Origin: Octopus vulgaris | Taxonomy: Eukaryota | DNA length: 64,000 nt | NCBI GenBank assembly: GCA_951406725.2 | Contig: OX597838.1 | Location: 42,966,001 to 43,030,000 of the forward strand | Reading direction: 5' to 3' | Shown: piece after piece, positions 35,455 through 48,169 of the stretch | How the letters are laid out: the number at the start of each line of letters is the position of its first letter | Position numbering within the stretch: the stretch's first letter is position 1 | Position numbers and translations under genes: made by a program | Notes under the pieces: model-generated | Seen by the model: only the letters and a program-made list of their open reading frames with translations | Told to the model about the DNA's origin: nothing | Database searches by the model: none

Positions 35455-36439
35455 TTGACTGCAGCTCGTATCTGATCATTGGGTTTGTCAGTCTTCTTCT
35501 CAACTGATTCTTGTGACTGAATGTGACTTTGGAATCTAAGTCGGTGGTAAAAGAGTCGTGGGCAGAATTCACACAAGATGGTTGGTGAGGGTCGTGGATG
35601 TTTGGATGTTAAGACGCTCCTTTCTTCTTCTGCGTTTTACCTCCTCATTCTGTTGTCTGTTCTGCTTGAAGGAGAGCTGGCTCCATTGTGGACAGCAGTG
35701 CTCCAGGCTCTCTTATCCAACTTGTCCCCATGAGAATGGCTGCATGCTAGTTGGAGCCAGGGTCCATATGTATGGTGGGCTTCTTTCAGTTTATGTCACA
35801 AAGCTATGGTTCCCCCAGGGTCTACAGTAGAAGACACTCATTTGCCCAAGGTGCCCTGCAGTGGAACTGAACTCCAAACCATGCGATTTGGAAGCAAACT
35901 TCTTAACAACATACTTATCACTGCACATATGTATCTGTGTGAGTCTGTGTGTGTGTGTGTACATATGTGTGAGTGTGTGTATGTGTACGTATGTGTGAAT
36001 GTATGTGTGTTTATGTGTACGTATGTATGAGTATGTTTATGTATGTATGTGAGAGTGTATGTATATGTGTAAGTGTGTATTTATGTATGTATGCGTGTGT
36101 ATATGAAACACTCTGAAATGTTTGTATTGGAGTTTCCAGTGTAAATGCCAAGCAGTACAGTATGTCGTTTCCAAACTTCTAGCAGAGTGAATTGTGTCAT
36201 CATGCTGTTTTTCTCAAAGACGGTGCCCAACTGACCCTACAATACTCTGTGGTAGGCAAAATCAAAAACAAACAATGCCCATGGGTGAAATTAAAAATAT
36301 GAAATGGCAACAATTTACCTATTGTGTGAATGTGTATGTATGTATGTAACTGCATGTGTGTATATGTATGTGTATATATATGCGAGTGTGTGTATATATA
36401 TGAGTGTATGCATGTACATAGCTTTTTATTTTTAATCTT

Positions 36440-36793
36440 TTGACTTGCTTCAGTCATTAGACTGCAACCAAAGTTTTTCTGTTGAACGAATTGACCCCAG
36501 GACTTATTTTTGGGGGGTAAAGCCTTGTACTTATTCTATTGTTCACTTTTTGCCAAACTGCTAAGTTTCAGGGATGTAAACACACTAACATTGGTTGTCA
36601 AGCAGTGGTGGGGGACAAAGACACACACACACACGCAGACATGATAGGCTTTCAGTTTCCATCTACCAAATCCACTCAAGGCTTTGGTTGGTTTGAGGTT
36701 ATAATAGAAGAAACTTGCCCAAGGTGCCATGTAGTGGGACTGAACTTGGAACCATGTGGTTGGGAAGCAAACTTCTTACCACACAGCCACACT
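36440..36793 (-). mobile_element. tRNA-derived SINE (same family as 61198-61585)
   Basis: Reverse complement of the family head (cttaccacacagccacac) through the 3' tail. Confidence 0.82.
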
Positions 36794-38524
36794 TGTTAAC
36801 TTCTGGAAAATCTTTTGGTTTTGTTTATTGATCTGTGAATATATTTGAATGATAAGAGGAGGAAATTGTCAAGTTGTCAAGGTAGGTAGCTGGGTATCTA
36901 GGAGACAGAAAGCCATAAAGTAATATCTTAAGACATGTTGTTAGAAGGAAAAAGCTAAAATATTTTCTCTTCCTGATAAAAGGCTTGACTTGAAATATTG
37001 AAGTAGAAAAAGGTGTGTTGCTGTAGTTTGTTCAGGATGTAAAGGAGGGTTTGTTGTAGTGCCATAGCTTTCTGGGTAGGGTACACTGTGTATATTAAAG
37101 ACCCTTTCAGTGACAGTGTTTAGGAGTGCTTCGAATATAATATACCTGCCTACTATGACTTGGTATAACACCTGAAGTGAATGAAGTTAAGTGTCAGTAA
37201 TTCTAGGTGTGACACAGTATTCTTCTACACAAGATTCCACCTACCTTTATCCAAATGTTGCATTTTTCGCTCCCTTCTCTATCAAAAGGCCCTTATGATG
37301 GCCACAGCAGTAAAGGCAAATGCAGACACTAAAATGCAACAGTTGTTTGACAGTTTACAACCCAACACAAAACCTCAGACAAGCAACACTAATGATGCTG
37401 GATCTATTTCCAAGTCAGGTAAATATCTTCCCATGTCTGGACTTGGTGATTATTCTTACGATGACCATTATTCTGGTGAAATGGCAGCAGAGTTTACAGT
37501 AGATGTTTCAGGTTCATTAAACTTACAGAGTGAGTTGAAGCTTGTTACAGCAATTAAATAAATACACCCTTTAGATGTTAAGGTGGTGTATCAGTGCATT
37601 ATAGCTGCTCCCTACAGGTGAAGTGTAGCTGGCCCCAACAAAAATAGTTTATTGCATAGGTAGTCTATAGTCAACCCCTTCAGGCATTGCTAGTTGGCCC
37701 CTATACAGTTTTCTTGTCAGTCAGTTGGCAACAGCCACTAAATCTCTTCCAATTTCAATTCCTGTCAGGTAATATTGACAATAGTGTTGTGATTCCAACC
37801 AAATGTGTTTTCGCAAAAATTCCAAGATTGGCAGGTCTCAAAAGAATAATCAATATGAACAAGGTGACGTTTGAAGGGAGGGGCAGGCAATCCAAGAGGT
37901 TGCTAGTGTTGGAAGCATTAACTTAGGATATTGAGCCAGACATTTGGAGCAGGAGACTTGGTCCATATCTTGACAACAAAATTATCTCTGTTAAGGTTAT
38001 CACCACATTTGTATTCACAGTCAAAGATCCCATCCATGTCACTCACCTTTGAAATTATTCATTTTACTATAAAATGAAAGAAAAGAATACACCAAATTTT
38101 CTTAATGAAACATGCTTTTTTATTGCTGATTGTTTGTTTTAGAATTTTTACATTTTTTACAAATTTTTTCTTCTTCCATAATTGTTGAATGGGTGAGATG
38201 ATGTTTCATCGGAGCAATTAGATTTTATGACCAGAGTTATTTTTAAGGAAAACTTGGCCTCCACATAAAGGATGACAAAACCGAGACGAAAATGCATGGC
38301 ATAGCAGACCTGTCCAACCCATGTTAAACTGGAATCATTCAAATGATGATGATGATGATGATAATGATGATGATGGTGGTGGTGGTGGTGAGGAGGAGGA
38401 GAAGGAGGAAGAGAACAATGGTGGTAATGATGATGGTGATGATGATGATGATGATGGTAATGAGATCCTATCCTACCACTAAATGTTCAATTCAGTTCTT
38501 AACTTCACAGCCACTGGACTTTCT

Positions 38525-39312
38525 AAATCAATAATTCTTTCTAATCTAGGCACGTGGCCAACAACTTTTAGGTGCATGGGTGGGTGGGTGGTTGATTCAA
38601 TCCATCTCAGCTCTCAACTGGTTCTTTATTTCATTGGCACCAAAAGGATAAAAGGTAAAGTTGACCTTGATGGCATTTGATCTCAGAATACAGAAAGCTA
38701 GAAGAAATGCCACTGAACATCTTGTCCAAAGTTCTAACAATTCTGCCAACTCATTAAGAATAACCAAAGTTAACCAATCCCTTTGACAAGGGAAACACAC
38801 AACAAAAGCCTTCAAAGGATGATCTCTACATTTGCAAGTGGGCTTTATTTGATAAAATAATAATAATAATATCAATAAGGATAATGGTTTCAAATTTTGA
38901 CTCAAGGCCAGCAGATTAGAGGAACTAACCCCAGTATGCAACTGGTACTTAATTTATTGACCCTGAAAGGATGAAAGGCAAGGTCAACCTCGGTGGAATT
39001 TGAACTCAGAATGTAAAGACAGAAATATTGCTAAGCATTTTGCCCAGCATGCTAACGATTCTTGCCACCTTGTATAATGATGATAATAATAATAATCCTT
39101 TCTAATAAGGCAAAAGGCCTGAAATTTGGGGAGAGGGGACTAGTCGATTACAGTGACCCCAGTATTTGACTGGTACTTAATTTATCAACGCCAAAAGGAT
39201 GGATGAAAGGCAAAGTCAACCTTGGCGGAATTTGAACTCAGAACGTAAAGATGGGTGAAATGCTGCTGAATGCTGCTTGACGTGCTAACGATTCTGCCAG
39301 CTTGCCGCCTTT
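38525..39312 (-). mobile_element. Three tandem copies of a second tRNA-derived SINE family (resembles octopus OK SINE)
   Basis: Head ggcggcaagctggcagaatcgttagcacg..., B-box GAGTTCAAATTCC, body ctttgcctttcatcc...taagtaccag and (ATT)n tails. Copies at ~38525-38755, 38870-39070 and 39095-39312; further copies at 2045-2250(+), 4100-4260(+), 56325-56480(-), 56490-56700(-). Confidence 0.82.
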
Positions 39313-39885
39313 AATGATGACGATGACGATGACGATGATGGTGGTGGTGGTGATGATGATGACAATGATAGAAAAATTTAGAAGAATGATTTTTTTTAAA
39401 GTTAACTTTTTCACAACCCACAAATAAAAAGAAAAATGGAAAAAAACCCCTAAGATTGGTACTTACAGCTGAGTCTTCTATCCCCTTAGACAGGGGACCA
39501 GTTTGCTTTGGATAACTTTTGTTCCTAACAGCAATGTGAAGTGAAGTAATGAAGAAAAAAAACCCAAATGAATTTGAACTCACAACTCACAGGTCCATAA
39601 ATTCAATGCCTTATTCATTCAACCATGTCATATTTGAAAAAACCCCACAAAAACAAAGAAACAAATGGGTAAAAAATATAAATAAATAAAAACCACATCG
39701 ATTCTTACCCCCACCACCATTTTCTTCATTGCTCTTAATTTTTTGTTTTTATGAATTTCAGGATAAAACAGAATTATTCTACAGACAAAACATAACTAAA
39801 ATATATTTGTAAATAAAATAAAATAAAAATAAAGATGCATAAAGTTGTTAATTTTTTTTTTTTGGTTTGTTTTGTGTTTTTATTG

Positions 39886-40182
39886 TTAAACTATCATCGT
39901 CCTTGTCCGAGGGTGTCTGTGGTATTTGAGAATTTCTTGTTTGTTAATAATTATTTTCGTACTAAAAAGACACGACAGCAGCCCCATCACACCAGCGGTG
40001 AGGATGTAAGAGAGAACGGTGCCCGTTAAATGTACAACGTAACCCATTAATCCAGACAAGATGACTTGGGACAAGAAATAAGTGCTGTCCAAGATGGCCA
40101 TGTCCATAGCAATGCCACGAATTTGATGTGAATGAGAAGGACTGGCATTGCTCGTGGGTCGTTCGACGTCGAAGAAGAACAC
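39886..40182 (-). CDS. Terminal coding exon of an SLC45-family (SLC45A3/prostein-like) MFS sugar:H+ symporter
   Basis: Translation VFFFDVER...RGIAMDMAILDSTYFLSQVILSGLMGYVVHLTGTVLSYILTAGVMGLLSCLFSTKII...* resembles the last two TM helices of SLC45 proteins (recalled SLC45A3 motif RGICLDLAILDSAFLLSQV..S.FMG). A polypyrimidine tract and the acceptor ttttattccag|GTG precede it in phase 0. Stop TAA at 39888-39886. Upstream exons were not found in the window. Confidence 0.85.
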   Translation of the reverse strand: MFFFDVERPTSNASPSHSHQIRGIAMDMAILDSTYFLSQVILSGLMGYVVHLTGTVLSYILTAGVMGLLSCLFSTKIIINKQEILKYHRHPRTRTMIV

Positions 40183-40257
40183 CTGGAATAAAAAAAAATA
40201 TAAAAAGAAACAATGAAATATTTGGGTTAGTTTTGGAAACAGGTTTTTGAAGGTAAA

Positions 40258-41392
40258 AGACAAGAGTCAGCTAAGAAAATCCATAAGCTGATCAAGAGAC
40301 TGTCGTGGAATGGGATTAAACGAGGTTTATTTTTTTCAATATAGACCCCCTTGCAGTGCACACCCTTCTTCCATCCATGTTGGAGTGCTTGGATCCCATT
40401 AATGAAGAAGTTGATCAAAAAAGTCTTGAACAGCAGATGTGATGTCATCATCACTGCAATGTTGGTTCCCAGCCATTTGTTCTTTCAAGATGGTGAACAG
40501 ACGATTGCCAGATGAGGCCAAATCAGAAGAACCAGGGAGGCTGACAGACCAGTTCAAAGTCACAGTCAAACACAGCAGCCACTGGCAGAGTATACTCATG
40601 ATAGGCAATAAACACAATGCCATCACCTTCCCTGAAGATGAAACGACCCTGGCCTTCTTTGGAGCAGATGAGGAGAGGTGTTTCCGCTGCAAGGATTCTC
40701 TCTGTCTCTGACTCAGTGATGAAGCCAACGCTCATCCTGGCTGAGGAAATGTTTAAGGAAACCAGTTGCAGTTGCTTGAAACAATGTCAGGTTTTCCTGT
40801 GATGTAATCAGCCTGATGTGCTTTTGATCAGGTGTCAGAAGACATGTCATCCATCAAGCAAAAACGTTTGTCATGCCAAGTCCATTGTGCAGAATATTCC
40901 CATTTCTCTTCAGGGATATTCTAACAGCATGTGCTGTCTGATTTATACTCAATCACCTATCATCCATCGCCATCTGGTGAACATGATCAATGTTTGTCTT
41001 GGTGGTGGCAGATGTAAGATGTCCAGACCTTGTGTCATCTTCAAGACTCTCTCTCTCTTCCCCTCCTAAATGCAGCTGCCCACTTTTTCATTGTTGATAA
41101 AGCTGGGACATCATCCTGTAATGTAGCAACCATGTCAACATGGATGTCTTTAGGGGTTAAACCTTTTTTCTGAAGGTACTTGATAACACCACGATGCTAA
41201 ATTTTATCTATTTTCTAGAGAATTCGATACTAATTACTTTTGAAGTGTTCTTTGAAGAGTCAGATGTCAGTTTAGCTGGAAAGAAACAAAGCAGTTATTA
41301 ATAAGAAGAGCTGAAATGAACACATGCAAGATCTCACAACTCTAGCATCACTCTTTCATAGTCAACCTTTGAACTCTACAGCTCATCCTCAT
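40258..41392 (-). mobile_element. Decayed mariner (Tc1/mariner) DNA transposon
   Basis: Remnants SSAPKKARVVSSSGKVMA and LPGSSDLASSG.RLF..LKEQMAG...SDDDITSAV (the YSPDLAPSD region), with WKKGVHCKGVYIEK at the C-terminus. Degenerate TIR-like ends near 40260-40290 and 41355-41392. Confidence 0.85.
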
Positions 41393-41919
41393 CGAAGGGA
41401 AACTACTACTCACAGAATCTGGGAAGTTGCCAGGTCTTCAGCACTATTACATCTTTGGTCAAGATACTTAATTTCGAAAGGGAGAGTATTTTCCCCTCTG
41501 CTCTGTGTGTGTGTCTATGTATGTGAGTGTGTGTGGTTACCAGTGAGGGCCTTTGAACATCAATACCTAATGGTATTTGCTCCTACAAAAGTTACTTCCA
41601 TTTATGCAAAGTTGCCTTAGCTTTTCTTCCCTTAAGAGATTAATAAAGTGCATGTGGTTGAAATTGACTAAAACCTTTGGATGCAGTGCCCCAGCATGGC
41701 CACAGTCTAGTGACTGAACTCAATAACAGTTTAATTTAATGGCTGTGACAATTCCCCAGTAAAATGGAATAAGTTCCTCATTAGGCTGCAGCGCTAATTA
41801 TGGTTTGTTCTCAACACAAAATGTTACCTGCAAATTAACAGATGAACTGGTCCTTAATCTAACCCTATTGATACCAATATCCCTGAGATTGACCCTGGTT
41901 CTGATACAAACATTATGGT

Positions 41920-42075
41920 TTAACCCTTTAGCATTCAGATTACTCTGTCAAATTTAATCTTTATTTATCCACACTGTTTTCAATTAATCCTGAATTATAT
42001 CATAGCTTCAAGATTTTAATAATGTGATTGTTTATTTTTTAAATGACATTGTAGGGTAGGTGTGAGAGGTCAACA
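41920..42075. mobile_element. Short dispersed MITE-like repeat with TTAA-CCCTTT termini (piggyBac-like); related copies at ~26985-27205 and ~59595-59760
   Basis: Begins ttaaccctttagcattcaga. It shares aatgacattgtagggtaggtgtgag with the other copies, and the 59.7-kb copy ends aaagggttaa. Confidence 0.55.
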
Positions 42076-43944
42076 AAAGAAACCAAGAGAAAAAGTACCA
42101 GACTTAAAAATACAAATCCTGGAGTCAATTGTTCGACCAGAAACCCTTCAAGATGGTGCCCCAGCATGGCCACAGTCCAATGACTAAAGTAACAAAGAAG
42201 GGGTAAAAAACTCGTTCACATCATTTGCCTCCGTACAGCCATGAACATGGCTACGTGGACGTGGCTGGTGTTTGATACATTGGTAGATTATTAGCTCAAC
42301 AGGAAACCCGTGGATGTTGGAGACAGGAAGAGCATCCAGTTGTCAGAATGTCTCCCCTGACTTTTGTCTCACCCATGCATCTTCGTTTTAGCTTCTGCAT
42401 TTCCATGCAAGCACGGAGGTTAAGACAATGACGAAACTGGCCAGTGGCTTTGGTGACAGCAACAACGAAGACAAATGAATCTCATTTAGCACTGGAGACC
42501 AACAATGAATTTGGCAATTTTCCTTTTGAAAACTTCTAACTTGAGCTTTTACTAGTTTCATTAATTCGGTAGGGGCCATGCTGGGCTTTTAAGGGTTCCA
42601 GGAAATTTTCAATCCTTGTGTTTTGGGTTTTATTATAAGAAACTCTTTGAAAAGGCAAAGTAGATCTAGCCTAAAACTGGGACTAAATTTGGCAGAGACA
42701 ATACCACAAGGTATTCTTTTTTAACTGATGCACCAATTCTATATAAAGCATTTTTTGTTTGACACACTGATCCCTTACTCTTTCTTTCTCACACACACAC
42801 AACCATTCTCGACATCAAATTTTGAAGCCACCCTACAATGAGAGCAGCTAAAACATCAATAGTTACAAATATATTATGATTATTATTTCTAAGAATGTCA
42901 GACTCGTCAAAGGAATGTCAAATTATCCTCGAAGAAATCATAGAATCAGACAAGATAATGAAGAAGTAATTCTGTTGAAAAAAATATATATATACAAAGA
43001 AAATGGGAGAAAAAATGCCAAATGTTAAGAGAACATTCTAGAGATTCCATTGATAAAGAGCAGAGATAAATAAAATATTGCAAATTGTATTAGTATGTTG
43101 TGACTAACACATGTTTAGAATAGATAAATAATGGTGTCTTGGAGGTAACATTGAAGAAAAGTTGTTCAGTGATGTCAGAGCAATGCTGAGACGTGTTGGG
43201 AGTGGAATGGCAGATCTTCACTTTTGTTAGACTCATCAACATCATCACCATCTGCTTTTCCATGTTTGCACGGATCAGATGGAGTTTATTGAGGTTGATT
43301 TCTGATAGCTGGATGCTGTCACCAACATTCTTTTGTTTCCAAGTCGGGTAAATATCTTCCCATGGCAGGACATGTCTTTACAGAAGATTGGAAACAATGG
43401 ACGCCACTTATATAACGGTGAAACTCATTTACAACTATCATGCAGAGTCAAGACCACACACACACACAACAGGCTTTTTTTCAGTTCCTGCCACCAAAAT
43501 CCATTCCCAAGGCTTTGGTGGTCATTATTTTAAATCAAAAACATGGATCTCTAAACAAAGGGCAGGTGTTCTGGAGTTCAACAAGTTGCTGGTTAATATA
43601 TGTACAACTAACACTCAGAGCAAAATTTATCTCCTTAAATATAATTTTGGTAAAGATTTCTTAGGGAACTTCTTGGCACTGTTTAATTTAACTCTGGTGA
43701 TTGGTTTGTCTTTTCAATTTAGTCAGCCTACATGGCATAGAATCTTCTAGAATACAGGTTTTTGCCACTGTATTCATGTGAACAAACTCCAGTTAAGGTC
43801 TCCACTCAAAATCTTGTCTTCAATGTTCAATAGAATGTTCTGAGTAGCTTCCAATAAGCATTCTTTGAGCCCAATTGTAACATGAAGATTTAGTGTGGTG
43901 GTCAGTCATGGATTTTTCCCTGGTGGTTCACAATTTGAGGCAGG

Positions 43945-43985
<41 letters not shown>

Positions 43986-45654
43986 CAATGACTACACCAA
44001 AGTTTAAGTTTTCAAATATTTTATTAACCTGCATCATTATATTTACAAATGTAATAGTAGCAGCGGCAGCAGCAGCAGTACGGGAGCTGGAACAGTGTGT
44101 CGCTGCATCCAACATTTGTTGGTGATTCCCTACTACTTCTGGTGAATGACATATTTGCACCACCCTCCAGGTGACAATCCTCCAACCCACGGGTCTGTTT
44201 TGGGGTAATTGTTGCTGGTGAGGGTTTTAATGATGTCTGAGTGTAAATCCCACCTCAACCTCTTTTAGTCCCCTTCTACAATATGAAGAAGAATCGTTGG
44301 GTCTATTCTTTCCCATGCAGCTCCCCTCACCACACAACTTTTACAAATGTACACCAAATAAATCAATAAAACTCAATGAACATATCGGTCAGGAATATTC
44401 TGTATGGAACTTGTTGGAGAAGGTAAAAGGCAGAGCAAAGAATTAATGTGTGTTACCTGGCACTGAAAATTATGGTTGGTGTCTGTTGTCAAATAAGACC
44501 AAAGCATGTTACTTACACAAGGGAAAGAGGAAAAGAGAGAGAGAAACCAACTCACTGAGACAATCAACATAGATTCCCCTCGAAAGGTAACGACTCTCTG
44601 ACCTCAGGTTGAATTTCCCAGTTTTTATAGATGTAAGCTAGCTTCTAGAATCTTCTGCTAAATTATTTGGTGGGAAAACTTGTTGAATTAGTTTGAAGTT
44701 TGCCACAGAAACCAGAACAAGTCAGCCAGTGCTAAGTGGGTCAGCCATATCCACATCGAAGCTAATATCTTTTATGGCAAATTTTTTTCTTTTATGGAGA
44801 TGTATTGTGGTTCTAGACTGGAGAAATCTAAGAGCTATGGTTCAAATCTCAACCAGGGTCTCATTACAAATTGAGCAAATTAAAGATTTGGATCCTCCTA
44901 GAAGACTTGTATTAATAAGCATGCCAAACCTATCTGCTGTGCTGAAATTATATTAGGGAGTGATTTAGATAACCTAATTACGGAGCTCTGCTTGTTTAAT
45001 TTAGAAAACTGGGAAGTCTGTTGAGCAGGATACAGAGGTGACGTTGTGTGACACGGATTAGATTCCACTAATTTATGGTTTTTCTTGAAATAGTGATATT
45101 CTTTTGTTTCTCTAATTCTTAAAAATATATGGCACAATGGATGTAAGAAGAGATTTTGGACTGCTGACCATATATCCAGTAGAGGTTCATCAGCTCTGAA
45201 ACTGTGTTGCAAGATGGGGATATCAAGTAGAGGGGTGGGGGTAACTTCTGCTACTACTTACATGTAGCTGGGTGATTAAGAAGCTCACTTTTCATCCACA
45301 CGGTTTCAGGTTCAGTCCCACTGCGTGGTATCTTTTCAAGTCCCCAAGTGTCTTCTATAATAGACCTGAGCTGATCAAACCATTGTCAGTGGATTTAGCA
45401 GAAGCAAACTGAAAGGAGCTTGTTTGTTTGTTTGTGTGTGTGTGTGCGCAGCATTAGTTGGGCCTGGGTTCAATTGCTGGCAGAGGAAGGCACAGACATG
45501 GCTGTGTGGTAAGGAGCTTGCTTCACAACCACACGGTTCCAGGTTCAGTCCCACTGCATGGCACATTGGGCAAATACCTTCTGCTATAGCCTCAGGCCGA
45601 CCAAAGCCTTGTGAACGGATTTGGTAGACGGAAACTGAAAGAAGCACAATGTAT

Positions 45655-45685
<31 letters not shown>

Positions 45686-45781
45686 TGTATAAACACAAAC
45701 ACACCACACATATATATGTATACACACACATACACACATATGTATACACACACATATATATACATATGTATACCTACATAT

Positions 45782-45827
<46 letters not shown>

Positions 45828-45828
<1 letters not shown>

Positions 45829-47310
45829 TCATCATAAACATTGTTTAACGTCCGTTTTCGTTGCTAGCATAGGCTGGATGGTTTGACCAGGGTCTGGGAA
45901 GCCAGGGGGCTGCACCAGGCTCCAGTCTGATCTGGCAGTGTTTCTACAGTTGGATGCCCTTCCTAATGCCAACCACTTCATGAGTGTAATGGGTGCTTTT
46001 TACGTGCCACCAAACCAGGGGCCAGAGGAGGCTGTCAATGGCCACAATCGGTTCGTGATTTTTACGTGCCGGTATGGGTATCACAACTACTATTTCCATT
46101 TGATATTTATTTTGATATTGATGTACTTTACTTAATAGGTCTCCTCAAGCACAGCAGGTCACCCTATGATCCAAGGTACTTTTGAATGGGCTGGGGCTGT
46201 TTATACGAAACTGGTGTAGGATACAGCCGTGAACTCACTTTATTTGCCAGGTTGTCGCAGTCACAGCAGATCTCCAGAGGTCTCGATCTTTTGTCATTGC
46301 CTCTGTGAGGCCCAACGTTTGAAGATCATGCTTGACCACCTCATCCCATGTCTTCCTGGGTCTACCTCTACTCTGGATTCCTCCAACTGTTTGGGAGTGG
46401 CACTTTCTCACACATCTCTCCTCATCTATCCATAGTACATGACCATACCATCGCAAACGTCTCTCTTGCACACTACATCCGATGCTTCTTATGTCCAACA
46501 TTTTTCTCAGGGTGCTTACACTCTGTCATGTGTGCACACTGACATTACACTTTCAGTGAATCATGCTAGCTTCATTTCTTTCAAGCCTACGCATGTCCTC
46601 CACAGTCACGGCCCATGTTTCACTACCGTGAAGCATGGCAGTTCGCACCCATGCATCGTACAATCTACCTTTCACTCTGAATGAGAGACCCTTTGCCGCC
46701 AGTAGGAGAAGAAGCTTCCTAAACTTTGCCCAGGCTATTCTTATTCTAGTGGTGACACTCTCTGAGCATCCACCCCCGCTACTAACTTGGTCACCTAGGT
46801 AGCAGAAACTATCTACTACTTCTAGTTTCTTCGCCTGGAGTGTGATGGAATCTATTTTCTGAGCATCTGTGGTGTCTATTGCCCCTGTGCATCTGCTGCA
46901 CATGAAAGCCATCTTCCCAGTTAATCTTCTTTTGACATTGCTGCACCTCTTATGTGTCCATAGCTTACACTGGGTACATCTTATGGAGTTTCTACCTATA
47001 CCTTTTCTGTAGATCGAGCAGGGCCACCTACCTGATATGTGATGTGTTCACCTTCCTACTTACTAAAACTTAGGTCTTTGCTACATTGACTCTAAGACCT
47101 TTTGATTCTAAGCCTTGCTTCCACACCTGAAATTTCTTTTCTAGTTCTGGTAGTGATTCCGCTATGAGGGCATCAGCATAAAGGAGCCTCCAGGGGCAAC
47201 CCGTCTTGAATTGCTCTGTTATTGCCTGGAGGACTATGATGAATAAAAGGGGGCTGAGGGATGAACCTTGGTGGACCCCTACTTCTACATGGAACTCTTC
47301 ACTATACTCA
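45828..47310 (-). mobile_element. RTE-clade LINE fragment (3' half), decayed
   Basis: Clearly homologous to 8915-10530. ORFs 46553..46912 and 46235..46501 carry the C-terminal RT motifs; 3' UTR present. Confidence 0.93.
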
Positions 47311-47411
47311 TTATATATATATATGTATACCTACATACACACACACACACACACATATATATATACACATATACCTATATATATATATATGTATACATAC
47401 ATATATATGTA

Positions 47412-47447
<36 letters not shown>

Positions 47448-47615
47448 TACATACATGCATACATATATATATACATACATACATATATACATAAATACAT
47501 ACATATTTTTTTAGATATATATATATAATTGAAATTTACAAAAAACAAAAGATGAAGACAGGTGTATAAACAACAAACAGGTGTATTAGTTTAATGCTCA
47601 GGAAAGTGAGGAAGT

Positions 47616-47651
47616 CTTTTACATTTCAAGCCTACGCTCTTCAACAGAAAG
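47616..47651 (-). ncRNA. Variant minimal hammerhead-like motif within a short insertion (~47525-47730) flanked by (TA)n
   Basis: Minus strand CUUU-CUGUUGA-A-GAGC(GUAG)GCUU-GAAA-UG-UA/AAAG. Stems I and II are intact, but the core has U in place of the conserved A6. Confidence 0.55.
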
Positions 47652-47747
47652 GAACACGAAAAAATATACAGAGAGAGAATTAAAAAAAGAAAGCTTTAGT
47701 AGCTAGCAGTCAATCACCACACATTTTATATAAATATATATATATAT

Positions 47748-48140
47748 CATCATCATCATCATCGTCGTTTAACGTCCGTTCTCCATGCTAGCATGGGTTG
47801 GACGGTTCGACCGGGGTTCTGGGAAGCCAGAAGGCTGCACCAGGCTCCAGTCTAAATTTGGCAATGTTTCTACAGCTGGATGCCCTTCCTAACGCCAACC
47901 ACTCCGTGAGTGTAGTGGGTGCTTTTTACGTGCCACCTGCACAGGTGCCAGGCGGGGCTGGCAACGGCCACGGTCAGATTGGTGTATTTTATGTGCCACC
48001 GGCACGGAAGCCAGTCGAGGCGGTGCTGGCATCGGCCACGAGTCGGATAGTGCTTTTTACGTACCACCAGACCAGGGATCCTGGCTGGTTCAATTCGATT
48101 TCGATTTCGCTTGCCCCAACATGTCTTCACAAGCAAAGGG
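47748..48140 (-). mobile_element. RTE LINE 3' UTR-only fragment
   Basis: (CAT)n followed by cgtttaacgtccgt...gctagcatgggttggacgg..., the same as the other RTE 3' ends. Confidence 0.88.
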
Positions 48141-48169
48141 GGTTGGCAAGGATATACACATATATATAT

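Noticed and set aside
36950-38040. Unique-looking segment with a 126-aa ORF (37181..37561); possible decayed LTR retroelement or exon
   Set aside because: No recognisable motif or convincing splice pair on either strand by eye.
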